Positions 48,948-56,413 of a stretch of 64,000 bases of DNA are shown here, piece by piece. Source of the stretch: a virus; IMG/VR virus record IMGVR_UViG_3300045988_120248, positions 45,063-109,062 of that record. The stretch is one strand, 5' to 3'. The notes beneath the pieces are model-generated. The model did not search any database. It saw only the letters and a program-made list of their open reading frames with translations, and was not told the DNA's origin. Made by a program: the position numbers and the translations under genes. The number at the start of each line of letters is the position of its first letter. Position 1 is the first letter of the stretch.

Positions 48948-49024
48948 TGGCAGGGGTAGCAGGATTTGAACCTACGAATATGGGAGTCAAAGTCCCATGC
49001 CTTAGACCGCTTGGCGATACCCCT
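48948..49024 (-). tRNA. tRNA-Gln (anticodon TTG), CCA encoded
   Basis: AGGGGTA/TACCCCT acceptor, TGGGA-CTTTGAC-TCCCA anticodon arm, GTAGG-TTCAAAT-CCTGC T arm; resembles bacterial tRNA-Gln. Confidence 0.9.
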
Positions 49025-49178
49025 TTGTTGCCGGCCTTTCCCGGCTGTCAGAGTGCTTACATTCCCGAAGAACTCGTCCGTGGTATCGGCTATATCAACC
49101 CGACGACACCGCTGCCAGATGCGGAGGTTTCATTCCAACTACGGTTTAACGAGTAACAACCTCGTATGTTGGTGGGCA

Positions 49179-49208
49179 TGGTGGATGCGGCGAGGATTTG
49201 AACCCCGC
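49179..49208 (-). pseudogene. tRNA-like 3' module (T arm + acceptor 3' strand + ACCA) without an adjacent 5' half
   Basis: GCGGGG-TTCAAAT-CCTCGC then CGCATCC-A-CCA; no complementary 5' strand within 90 nt. A matching GGATGTG lies at 50587-50593 beyond the tnpB element. Confidence 0.45.
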
Positions 49209-49246
49209 ACGGTGCAGGCAGTATGCGACGAGCTTTGTTCCCGTCC

Positions 49247-49420
49247 GAGGTGGCTGCTTCAACCCCATTGACACTTCCCGTGGAAAAACAGGGGATTCTC
49301 GGTTCAGCGACCGTTGCGCCGTAGTTGCGTCTTACATGGTCTCCACGAGCGTATAGGTTCGGGCGTGTCCCGCCCTACCGTATGTTTAGGCTAGGCCAGT
49401 AGGCGCATTCCTTCGTGCAA
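49247..49420 (-). ncRNA. TnpB omega RNA scaffold plus guide, copy 2
   Basis: Same conserved block after the tnpB stop, ending GTCAAT at 49267; the RE hairpin is partly degenerate; guide would be 49247-49266. Confidence 0.5.
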
Positions 49421-50601
49421 AATGTTCTTCGCGGCATTTACATCCCGGTCATGGTGTGTCCCACATTCAGGGCACGTCCATTCCCGTACCGCCAGATTCC
49501 TTGTTCCGGTATTCCGATACCCGCAGCAGGAACATAGCTGGCTGGACGGGAAGAACCGGTCTATCGCTATGACTTTCTTTCCATACCACGCGGCCTTGTA
49601 CTCTAACTGCCGTCTGAACTCGCCCCATGCTGCGTCACTGATGGACTTCGCAAGGTGATGGTTCTTGACCATGTTCCTCGGTGCTAAGTCTTCGATACAG
49701 ATCACATCATTTTCCCGGATGAGCTGCGTTGACAGCTTGTGCATTATGTCCCCACGCTGGTTTGCGATATGCTCATTCAGCCGTGCCACCTGAATCCTTG
49801 CTTTTTCGCGCCGGTTGCTCCCCTTTGATTTTCGGGAGAGCTGCCGTTGCAATCGGGCAAGTTTCTTCTGGTTCTTGGCTAGATAACGTGGATTTGGATA
49901 TTCTATTCCATCGGACGTGATTGCAAACGCTTTCAATCCCATATCAACGCCGATCACAGCGCCGGTCTTCGGCAGCGGCTCAATCTCCACGTCGGTACAG
50001 CAGAGCGATACGAAGTATTTTCCACTAGGATTTTTGGATATCGTGGCAGACAGAATTCGGCCTTTGACTTCTTTTGAAACCCGACATTTGACACGCCCCA
50101 GTTTCGGAAGCTGGACGGCATCTTCAAAAACTTTTATACCGCCTTTTGATTTATAACTCTGTCTATGCTCACGTTTGCTCTTAAATCGCGGAAATCCGGG
50201 TGGCATTCCATTCTTGACGCGGCGAAAAAAATTCTGATATGCGTCATCCAAATCCTTCAGCGATGATTGGAGCGCTGTAGAATCGGCCACTCGAAGCCAC
50301 GGAAGAAACTTTTTTAGTTGCGTCATATCCGCGGAACATTCACAATAGTTCATCATCTTGGAATCTTGTTCATATGCGTTTTGCCTCATTCTGAGATAGT
50401 AATTCCAAATGAACCGACAGCATCCGAATATCTGTTGAATCAGACAGGTTTGGGAATACGAAGGATATATTCGGAATTTATAACTGTACTCCATTATCTC
50501 TCCTTGCATATTTTTTATGATTTCCATGGAAACGTGTGTCACGCTTTCCTGCACCGCATACCCTTGCTGCCTTTTCCATTCGGCCACACATCCGTATGTT
50601 T
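49267..50601 (-). mobile_element. tnpB-only IS200/IS605-type element, copy 2 (rearranged left end)
   Basis: The RE matches copies 1 and 3. The region upstream of tnpB is unrelated to copy 1 LE but has its own bulged hairpin (50528-50549). The left boundary is uncertain. Confidence 0.55.
49391..50494 (-). CDS. tnpB: TnpB RNA-guided endonuclease, copy 2
   Basis: Starts [12 protein letters not shown] after AAGGAGAG. The C-terminal about 200 aa are nearly identical to copy 1 and the N-terminal part is diverged. RuvC and zinc-finger motifs intact. Confidence 0.85.
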   Translation of the reverse strand: MEYSYKFRIYPSYSQTCLIQQIFGCCRFIWNYYLRMRQNAYEQDSKMMNYCECSADMTQLKKFLPWLRVADSTALQSSLKDLDDAYQNFFRRVKNGMPPGFPRFKSKREHRQSYKSKGGIKVFEDAVQLPKLGRVKCRVSKEVKGRILSATISKNPSGKYFVSLCCTDVEIEPLPKTGAVIGVDMGLKAFAITSDGIEYPNPRYLAKNQKKLARLQRQLSRKSKGSNRREKARIQVARLNEHIANQRGDIMHKLSTQLIRENDVICIEDLAPRNMVKNHHLAKSISDAAWGEFRRQLEYKAAWYGKKVIAIDRFFPSSQLCSCCGYRNTGTRNLAVREWTCPECGTHHDRDVNAAKNILHEGMRLLA

Positions 50602-50877
50602 CTATTCGTTGTTGCTTTTGGGCACTAGGTACATTGCGTAAGAAATGCTTTCGCTGAACCTCACCGGATACTTTTCCATGAGATATACCATGAGTTCGTC
50701 CAAATCCAGCGCGTGTACCGAACCTTCTAGTTCTGGATATTTCCCAATGATGCCGTGCTCCCCAATATCCCAAGGATCGCGCCATCCAATTTCGTAGCAC
50801 TGTTTCAGAATATCTGACAGATCGTATTTATCCAACTCCGCTGCAGCTTGCTTTGCTTCCAAACAATAGTCAAACAC
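50602..50877 (-). CDS. hypothetical protein (91 aa)
   Basis: ORF track; GTG start after GAAAGGGTGG. Confidence 0.45.
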   Translation of the reverse strand: MFDYCLEAKQAAAELDKYDLSDILKQCYEIGWRDPWDIGEHGIIGKYPELEGSVHALDLDELMVYLMEKYPVRFSESISYAMYLVPKSNNE

Positions 50878-51075
50878 CGTCGTACCACCCTTTCCTTTTT
50901 GGCCGTCTTCTCGCTTAGATTGTCACATCACGGGCATCCTCAACAGAACCATTACGTTGTGGGCTTTACGTTCTCTCGAACCTCAATCCACCTACCGTGC
51001 AGTTTTCAGCGGGCATTTTCGTTCTCTGTGTGGCTCGACGGTCGCGCACACATCATCCGGGAGCGACCCGGCAAC

Positions 51076-51162
51076 TGGCGGCAGATGGAGGTGTCGAACC
51101 CCACGGCTTTCACCGCGCACTGTTTTCAAGACAGGCTCCGAGGCCGCTCGAATTCATCTGCC
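51076..51162 (-). tRNA. tRNA-Ser (anticodon TGA), class II, CCA encoded
   Basis: GGCAGAT/ATCTGCC acceptor, loop CTTGAAA, long variable arm, T loop TTCGACA. Confidence 0.85.
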
Positions 51163-51166
51163 GTAT

Positions 51167-51243
51167 TGGCTGGAGGTTTTGCACCATGCACGATCAGGAG
51201 TCGAACCTGACCATTTGGGGACTCGGACCCCGCTGCACCTCCA
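51167..51243 (-). other. 77-nt tRNA-sized, non-canonical cloverleaf-like element ending GCCA
   Basis: 7-bp closing stem TGGAGGT/ACCTCCA + G + CCA. Three internal hairpins: GGGG-TCCGAGT-CCCC, TCAGG-TTCGACT-CCTGA, TGCA-TGG-TGCA. The T-loop-like arm is in the wrong position for a tRNA. 4 nt from tRNA-Ser. Confidence 0.35.
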
Positions 51244-51494
51244 AGGATAACCGTTACCCTATATTGCGCGGAATTGGTTTCGTCACCGCACTATGAGCCT
51301 TTAACCAAGCCTGCTCTTTGTCTGTTTCCCGAATTATTGAACAGCAGTCAACGTTGCGTGTTACGCGCGATATTCACCAACGATTTTTGCCCGCGCTGTT
51401 GTGTTTGGCGTACCAGCGCAACGAGGACTTTCATGGGTTCCGATTTTCTACACAGCGGCACGCTTGTGCGAACTAGCCAAACTCGGATGGTATC

Positions 51495-51818
51495 TCAACA
51501 CCTTTCGGTGATGAAATCTTTCAATACTTTTTCTGCAAATTCAATCTGCGGCCGGATGTGTTCATAGTGGCCTGAATACAAGATTGCTTTGATACAGCAG
51601 ACGCTATTGATCGCATCCTTCACGTCCTTGTCATTGCTGCCAAGCACGGCATAGACGGGAAGATTGTCTTTCTGAATTACATCACGATACCATGATTTGA
51701 ACCCCGTGCAGATGTCCGTTTGATGGGAATAGCCGGATTCAAACCCTGCGCTATATATCTCAAATAGGAACGATTTGATCTGCGCGTCGCTGAAATCGAC
51801 TGTCCTGACATCGTTCAT
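51495..51818 (-). CDS. hypothetical protein
   Basis: ORF 51495..51869 trimmed to ATG 51818 (GGAGG upstream, ATGA overlap with the previous stop). Confidence 0.5.
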   Translation of the reverse strand: MNDVRTVDFSDAQIKSFLFEIYSAGFESGYSHQTDICTGFKSWYRDVIQKDNLPVYAVLGSNDKDVKDAINSVCCIKAILYSGHYEHIRPQIEFAEKVLKDFITERC

Positions 51819-52138
51819 GCCCCTGCCTCCGTGTACCTGCCCTTGCACGCTTGCCAACATAATTGGCATGATTCAAAAATGCAAGGGAGCCCTACGAATT
51901 CCGGTAGAGAGCATCGTTCGTTCATCAAATCCGGGTACAGAGCCTTCATTGCGAAAAGCTTCCTTGCTTCGTCAGGACCGACAAACATCGGCTTTCCTTC
52001 CGGCGCGTAGTGCCGAATCTGAACCGGAATCTCATCCCGCGTGTCGTAGTAGTTGACAGAAACTGGGCGAGATGCACTGTCTACGACAACGTAGACGTTT
52101 TTTGTGCCGTTGGTTAAGTAACGAATATCAAGACTCAT
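51815..52138 (-). CDS. hypothetical protein
   Basis: ORF track; ATGA overlap with the upstream gene. Confidence 0.5.
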   Translation of the reverse strand: MSLDIRYLTNGTKNVYVVVDSASRPVSVNYYDTRDEIPVQIRHYAPEGKPMFVGPDEARKLFAMKALYPDLMNERCSLPEFVGLPCIFESCQLCWQACKGRYTEAGA

Positions 52139-52392
52139 GTTTTACCTCCATTTGAGTCAAATTTGTTTCTGAGCTTTTCCAGCGCTTGGTTGAACTCAAA
52201 CTTCATAGCAGCATAATTTCGGTCTTCAAGTTTTGGAACGTAGACTTTTTCTCCGCAACTTATACAACAGGGCCTATTCTCAATATAGCCGAAACGCACC
52301 CCACAAACATTCACTCTCACGCGCTGAAGCTTTATCAAATAATCTGTCGTCTTACCGCACCTGATGCAGTACGCAGTATTGTTTTCGTCCAT
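52135..52392 (-). CDS. hypothetical zinc-ribbon protein
   Basis: CIRCG ... CCISCG motifs. Confidence 0.5.
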   Translation of the reverse strand: MDENNTAYCIRCGKTTDYLIKLQRVRVNVCGVRFGYIENRPCCISCGEKVYVPKLEDRNYAAMKFEFNQALEKLRNKFDSNGGKT

Positions 52393-52762
52393 CGTTTTTA
52401 CTCACTTCCCACCCATTTTTCACAGTCATCCACTCTTGGCCCCAGAGCCGCCATTACTCAACGCCTAGACGCGGCATTGCGCCGTTGGTCTGCGTCGCCA
52501 CACCAGTTTTTCTTCCATCTTTCACGCCTCACAGCGAGCCGTATGGAAGCCAAGAGGGGATTGACCACGGAACTTTTCAGCCCTGCGCCGGCGCATCGGT
52601 CGCATCCGTTTCTTTTTACACACATTAAGCCGGGGCCAGCTAATTAGATTCGCAATCTGTCGTATTCGCGCTACCTACAGATTGAGCGGATGGCTGGATA
52701 TATCGTTTCACCAAAGCCTTTGGAACCTCAAAACTTTCCCTGGGTCCGCCACAATACCCATG

Positions 52763-52836
52763 TGGAGTGCGTGAGGAGAATCGAACTCCCACCATCAGAT
52801 TGGAGGTCTGATGTTCTGCCGTTAAACTACACGCAC
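52763..52836 (-). tRNA. tRNA-Gly(TCC)-like with C at position 33
   Basis: Good cloverleaf (GTGCGTG/CACGCAC, D stem GTTT/GAAC, T arm GGGAG-TTCGATT-CTCCT, U73, CCA). The anticodon loop is CCTCCAA instead of CTTCCAA. Confidence 0.7.
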
Positions 52837-53030
52837 ATGAATACTCCCTGTTTTACTCCGGTGCGGGAGCGATCTTCCCGAAAACCCATAGCTGGTCTTC
52901 CCAGACCAGAGCGCCGGAATCTCCAAAATGTTCCGGCGAGCGCCTGCGCTTACTTGGGCGACGCTTTTCCTTATCAGAAAGGAGGCCATATGCCGTGCCG
53001 CAGAGAAATCGAAAAAAACTGCGGCATTGT

Positions 53031-53095
53031 GGCGAGAATCGGATTCGAACCGATGCAGCGTGGTTTTGTAGCCATTCCGCGCACCTGCTCCTGCC
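53031..53095 (-). other. truncated tRNA-like element next to the integrase gene (possible att core)
   Basis: ATCGG-TTCGAAT-CCGAT T arm + TCTCGCC-A; imperfect 5' partner GGCAGGA; only 65 nt, no D/anticodon arms, no CCA. Confidence 0.35.
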
Positions 53096-53183
53096 GTACA
53101 CCGGGTTTGAAAGAAACCCGGATGGTTTTAATTTTCTTGGTTTTTCTCGCTGGCCTACTGGCTGTTTGTTTTCTTGGTTTTGC

Positions 53184-54272
53184 TTACGCTATCTCCGGCT
53201 GTGGAACCTGCTTCAACCGGAGGCTTCCGAAAAAATTGTCTCCCGATGCCTCCAACCGGTCGATATTTCTACGCGCCTGACGCTCCTTTTCTTCTTGCAC
53301 GACTTTGGTCATTCGTCTGTTCTTGCGGCTTGTCAGTTTGCCGGAATAGATCTGCGTGGTTGAAACTGATTCATGTCCGAGTTTTGCTTGCAATTCTTCA
53401 TACTTCATACCGCTGTTCAGGTCAAGCCGTGCGCCGACGTGCCGCAGATCGTGAGTACGAATCATGTCGACCCCGGTAACTACTTTCACATGCCGACGAA
53501 CGACGTCTGACAGCCATTGCCGTGTCCCTGCGTGCCATTCTTCTCCCTTGTTGTCACCCTTGAATTTGAACGTCGCTTCTGTCCCAAAAAGTGGGTCACT
53601 GTTACCGGCAGCTGCGGGGCGAATGCCACTGTTTAGATACATGCGAACAGCTGTCTGCGCCAGAATAGGGAAGTCCACTGGACGGAATTTGTCTCCCTTG
53701 CCATGTTCAACGGTCAACTCCGAATTTTCCCAGTCAAGATCGTTCGGCGTAAGCGCCAGGAGCTCGCTGTTCCTGATTTCTGTAGTCAGGAGCAAAATCA
53801 CGATGGAGTAGTTTCTCGGCCAAAATTCAGGGCGCTTGAGATTTGCCGGCGGATTATTTCTCCAGAGCAGTAGGACTTGTTCGTCGGTCAGCAGCTGGTC
53901 GTATGGGCGTTTCTCAAGTTTTCTTGTGTCTGGAATCAGAAGCGGCGCAACCGGATTACTCTCGTACCATCGGCTCTCGCCGAGCTGTTCGGATGATGCG
54001 AATTTGTATAACAGAGAAAGAGCCTTCAAGTATTGCTTAATTGTGTTTGGCTTTTTTCCGTCCCTCCGCAGCTGGTCTCTCCAAGCCTGAATATCGATAA
54101 AACTTTCTTCTCGCCCGTCCCATCTCTTATTGTCCAGCATGAATCCGGAGAAAAGCCGGAATATCTGCTCCGCGTTCTTGACCGTTATCTCAGAACGACC
54201 GATAGCTCGAAGGTTTTCTTCATATGCCACCATCGCAGACTGGAATTTTTCACAGGCATTTGGAAAACCCAT
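53184..54272 (-). CDS. int: tyrosine recombinase / phage integrase
   Basis: C-terminal catalytic signature TEIRNSEL ... HDLRH ... LGHESVSTTQIY. Confidence 0.85.
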   Translation of the reverse strand: MGFPNACEKFQSAMVAYEENLRAIGRSEITVKNAEQIFRLFSGFMLDNKRWDGREESFIDIQAWRDQLRRDGKKPNTIKQYLKALSLLYKFASSEQLGESRWYESNPVAPLLIPDTRKLEKRPYDQLLTDEQVLLLWRNNPPANLKRPEFWPRNYSIVILLLTTEIRNSELLALTPNDLDWENSELTVEHGKGDKFRPVDFPILAQTAVRMYLNSGIRPAAAGNSDPLFGTEATFKFKGDNKGEEWHAGTRQWLSDVVRRHVKVVTGVDMIRTHDLRHVGARLDLNSGMKYEELQAKLGHESVSTTQIYSGKLTSRKNRRMTKVVQEEKERQARRNIDRLEASGDNFFGSLRLKQVPQPEIA

Positions 54273-54336
54273 TTGAAAACCCCCTTACAATTTTTATTAT
54301 ACTTTCCACTGCAAATGTTTTTTGCCCATTTTTATG

Positions 54337-54831
54337 TCAACTTGCTACACCCAAAAACTGCGCGTTGATTCTGTCCAATTCTTCTACGTACTTTGGCGGG
54401 ATATACCCGTTTAGTGCGCGTTCGACGTTTTGCGCTTCCGGCTCTCTCCCACAAATCCGCAAATAGTCTGCAGCAATCTGCCGAAATGCTTTCCGTGCCT
54501 GGTTGAGCGGATCAAGATATTGCTCGAATATAGGCGTATAGCCAACCGGATAGTCCAGCCCAAACAATTCTTTGTATCCCTGCGCGATCAGCGGACAAAA
54601 ATCAACTGCAAATGTCTGCTCATCCATGAGGAAAGAATCCTTCTCACCCGTTACGCGCTCACCGTCCTCGGTGAAGAATTCACCGTGATTCGCGGCATAT
54701 TCATACGCCGCTTTCGAACGCGCCATTGCGTCCTTATACGCCTGTTCTGCTGACTTTAATGCTGCGTAGCGAGCCAAGCCCACTACGCGCAATTCGTCCA
54801 ACTGCTTCTGAATATTTGATGTGATTACCAT
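54337..54831 (-). CDS. hypothetical protein (164 aa)
   Basis: ORF track; RBS AAGGAG. Confidence 0.5.
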   Translation of the reverse strand: MVITSNIQKQLDELRVVGLARYAALKSAEQAYKDAMARSKAAYEYAANHGEFFTEDGERVTGEKDSFLMDEQTFAVDFCPLIAQGYKELFGLDYPVGYTPIFEQYLDPLNQARKAFRQIAADYLRICGREPEAQNVERALNGYIPPKYVEELDRINAQFLGVAS

Positions 54832-54839
54832 ACTTTTCT

Positions 54840-55656
54840 CCTTTGCCTTTGCTACTCAAAGCCGCGCCGGGCGACGCATTTCCATTGCTTTTCATCGCGA
54901 AGCCGTGCATCACCTCGCGGTTCCATGCCGCCGCTCGGCAAAGCCCTACCTAACTACTCCGTAGCTTTCCCTGCTTGGCCTAGCTAACCTGCTCCACTCC
55001 ATTTCTTTGCAACACTAAGCTCTGCCTTGATTTGACATGCCTGTGCGTAGTGATGCAACTCGTATCGCCGCCCAGCCGTCGCAGACCAAATCGATACTAT
55101 GCCTTTGCTGTTCCCACCGCTGCCGTGCCTTGCGAAGCAGCCCAGCGCGAGACTTCACCTTGCCTTTTCATAGTTCTACTTAACTCCGCTCCGCTGTTCC
55201 ATGGCTACCCGTTGCTCAACTAATCCGCTGCTCCGCTTAACTCCGCTCCGCCGTTCCATGGCTATTCACTGCTCAACTGTCCCTTGCCGTCGCTATGATT
55301 ATCAGGTCGATACACTTCCGTTGCTGTGCCATGCGAATCCGTGCAATTCCATCGCCATTTCAACGCAAGACAGCGCTTCGCGTTTCCGTTGCTGCATCTC
55401 GCTACACTTTGCTGCGCTGCACAATTCCGTTGATTCACGTCACTAACCCCCGCATCGCCCTTGCGTTTCTGTGCGCGGAGACTCTTTACTTTGCCATTCC
55501 TTTGCCGTGCTCCTCTGCGCATCGCAACGCCGCTGCTTTACTTTTCAACTCTTTACCGTTCCTTTGCTTTGCTTGGCAAAGCGGGGCCGGGCATTGCCGT
55601 CGCTACGCATTACAGAACCTCGCGATCCTGAACCGTTGCCCCGTTCGGCGGGCCAA
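54840..55656. repeat. 0.8-kb noncoding, strand-skewed, short-repeat-rich region
   Basis: No credible ORF; + strand about two-thirds pyrimidine in the lines counted; about 19 TTGC cores (YTTGCY); CCGTTGCT three times; related about 40-nt segments at both ends. Confidence 0.5.
55179..55292. repeat. tandem duplication, 2 x 57 nt
   Basis: Units start at 55179 and 55236 (cttaactccgctccgc.gttccatggcta......gctcaact...), about 42/57 identical. Confidence 0.6.
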
Positions 55657-56361
55657 TCAGCCCGCCTTTTCCTCCGGGAAGAAGTTTGCTTCCTGCATCA
55701 GACAGCTAAATTTCTCTGCCGTGCCGCCGAGGCTGTTTCCTTCCTCATCGAGCATCTTGTAGACGAAGCGACCCTTTCCAGAATTCCGCCACTGACCGAG
55801 GCCACGCCAGAATCCGTTGTCCAGCCATTCTTTCAGCAGGGCTTCGTGCGCCGAATCTGCGAGTGATACGCCGAACTGGATCGTGCTACCGGCCGGGATT
55901 TCTTCCGAGTTTGCGAGGCTGACACGCTCGCCCTGTGCGGTCTGCGCACGAAGCGGACGCTGACACTCTCCAATTTCGCCATGGACATCAATGCGAATCG
56001 CGCGAGGGAATGGGAAAATCATGCCGTCGATGACCTTCTTATACGCTTTCAGTGTGCTGGACTTCGTGTACTTCGCACGAGCCAGGGCACTGCAGGTGTC
56101 CTTGAAAAATCCCTTGATCTGATAATCATAGAACACGGGCTTACCATCGACACGCGGGAAGATCGTCATGGCCTTGTCGGCGACAGCATCTACGCCGACC
56201 GCTGCGACCTCATCCTCAATCGTGCTTGCGTCCGGGGCCTTGGACGCGATAAAGTCACGCGCAACATTCTCGTTGCTGGGCCACGTACCGAGTACCGGCT
56301 CGATGAACGTGAGCTTGATGTACCGTCTGATTTCCTTGGTTTCCTTGGTTTCCTTTGCCAT
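55657..56361 (-). CDS. hypothetical protein (234 aa) with C-terminal glycine-rich loop
   Basis: ORF 55657..56376 trimmed to ATG 56361 (the first ATG is part of GGAGG). Motif GLGQWRNSGKGRF near the C-terminus. Confidence 0.55.
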   Translation of the reverse strand: MAKETKETKEIRRYIKLTFIEPVLGTWPSNENVARDFIASKAPDASTIEDEVAAVGVDAVADKAMTIFPRVDGKPVFYDYQIKGFFKDTCSALARAKYTKSSTLKAYKKVIDGMIFPFPRAIRIDVHGEIGECQRPLRAQTAQGERVSLANSEEIPAGSTIQFGVSLADSAHEALLKEWLDNGFWRGLGQWRNSGKGRFVYKMLDEEGNSLGGTAEKFSCLMQEANFFPEEKAG

Positions 56362-56413
56362 TGTTTTTACCTCCATAAAATAATTGTTGTTGTGTGATTG
56401 CTTACATTTACTG

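Noticed and set aside
49179-49266. tmRNA (ssrA) 3' end, because the fragment ends ...ATCCACCA
   Set aside because: There is no GGGG-type 5' end, tag reading frame or pseudoknot region nearby. The only complementary 5' strand (GGATGTG) is followed by a class-II tRNA-type D arm rather than tmRNA features
50495-50800. 102-codon N-terminal extension of tnpB copy 2 in the ORF track (49391..50800)
   Set aside because: Copy 1 and the RBS AAGGAGAG place the start at MEYSYKF (50494). The extension overlaps ORF 50602..50877 in another frame and has no homology to copy 1
52690-53280. 196-aa + strand ORF with an AAAGGAGG-like site before an internal ATG (52990)
   Set aside because: It runs antisense through the tRNA-Gly-like gene, the tRNA-like fragment and the 3' end of int. 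The RBS-ATG spacing is only 4 nt
54840-55656. CRISPR array or protein-coding ORFs (55295..55762 +, 55471..55866 +, 55262..55522 -) in the repeat region
   Set aside because: The repeats are short, degenerate and irregularly spaced, with no repeat-spacer periodicity. The ORF products are low-complexity, lack RBSs and overlap each other
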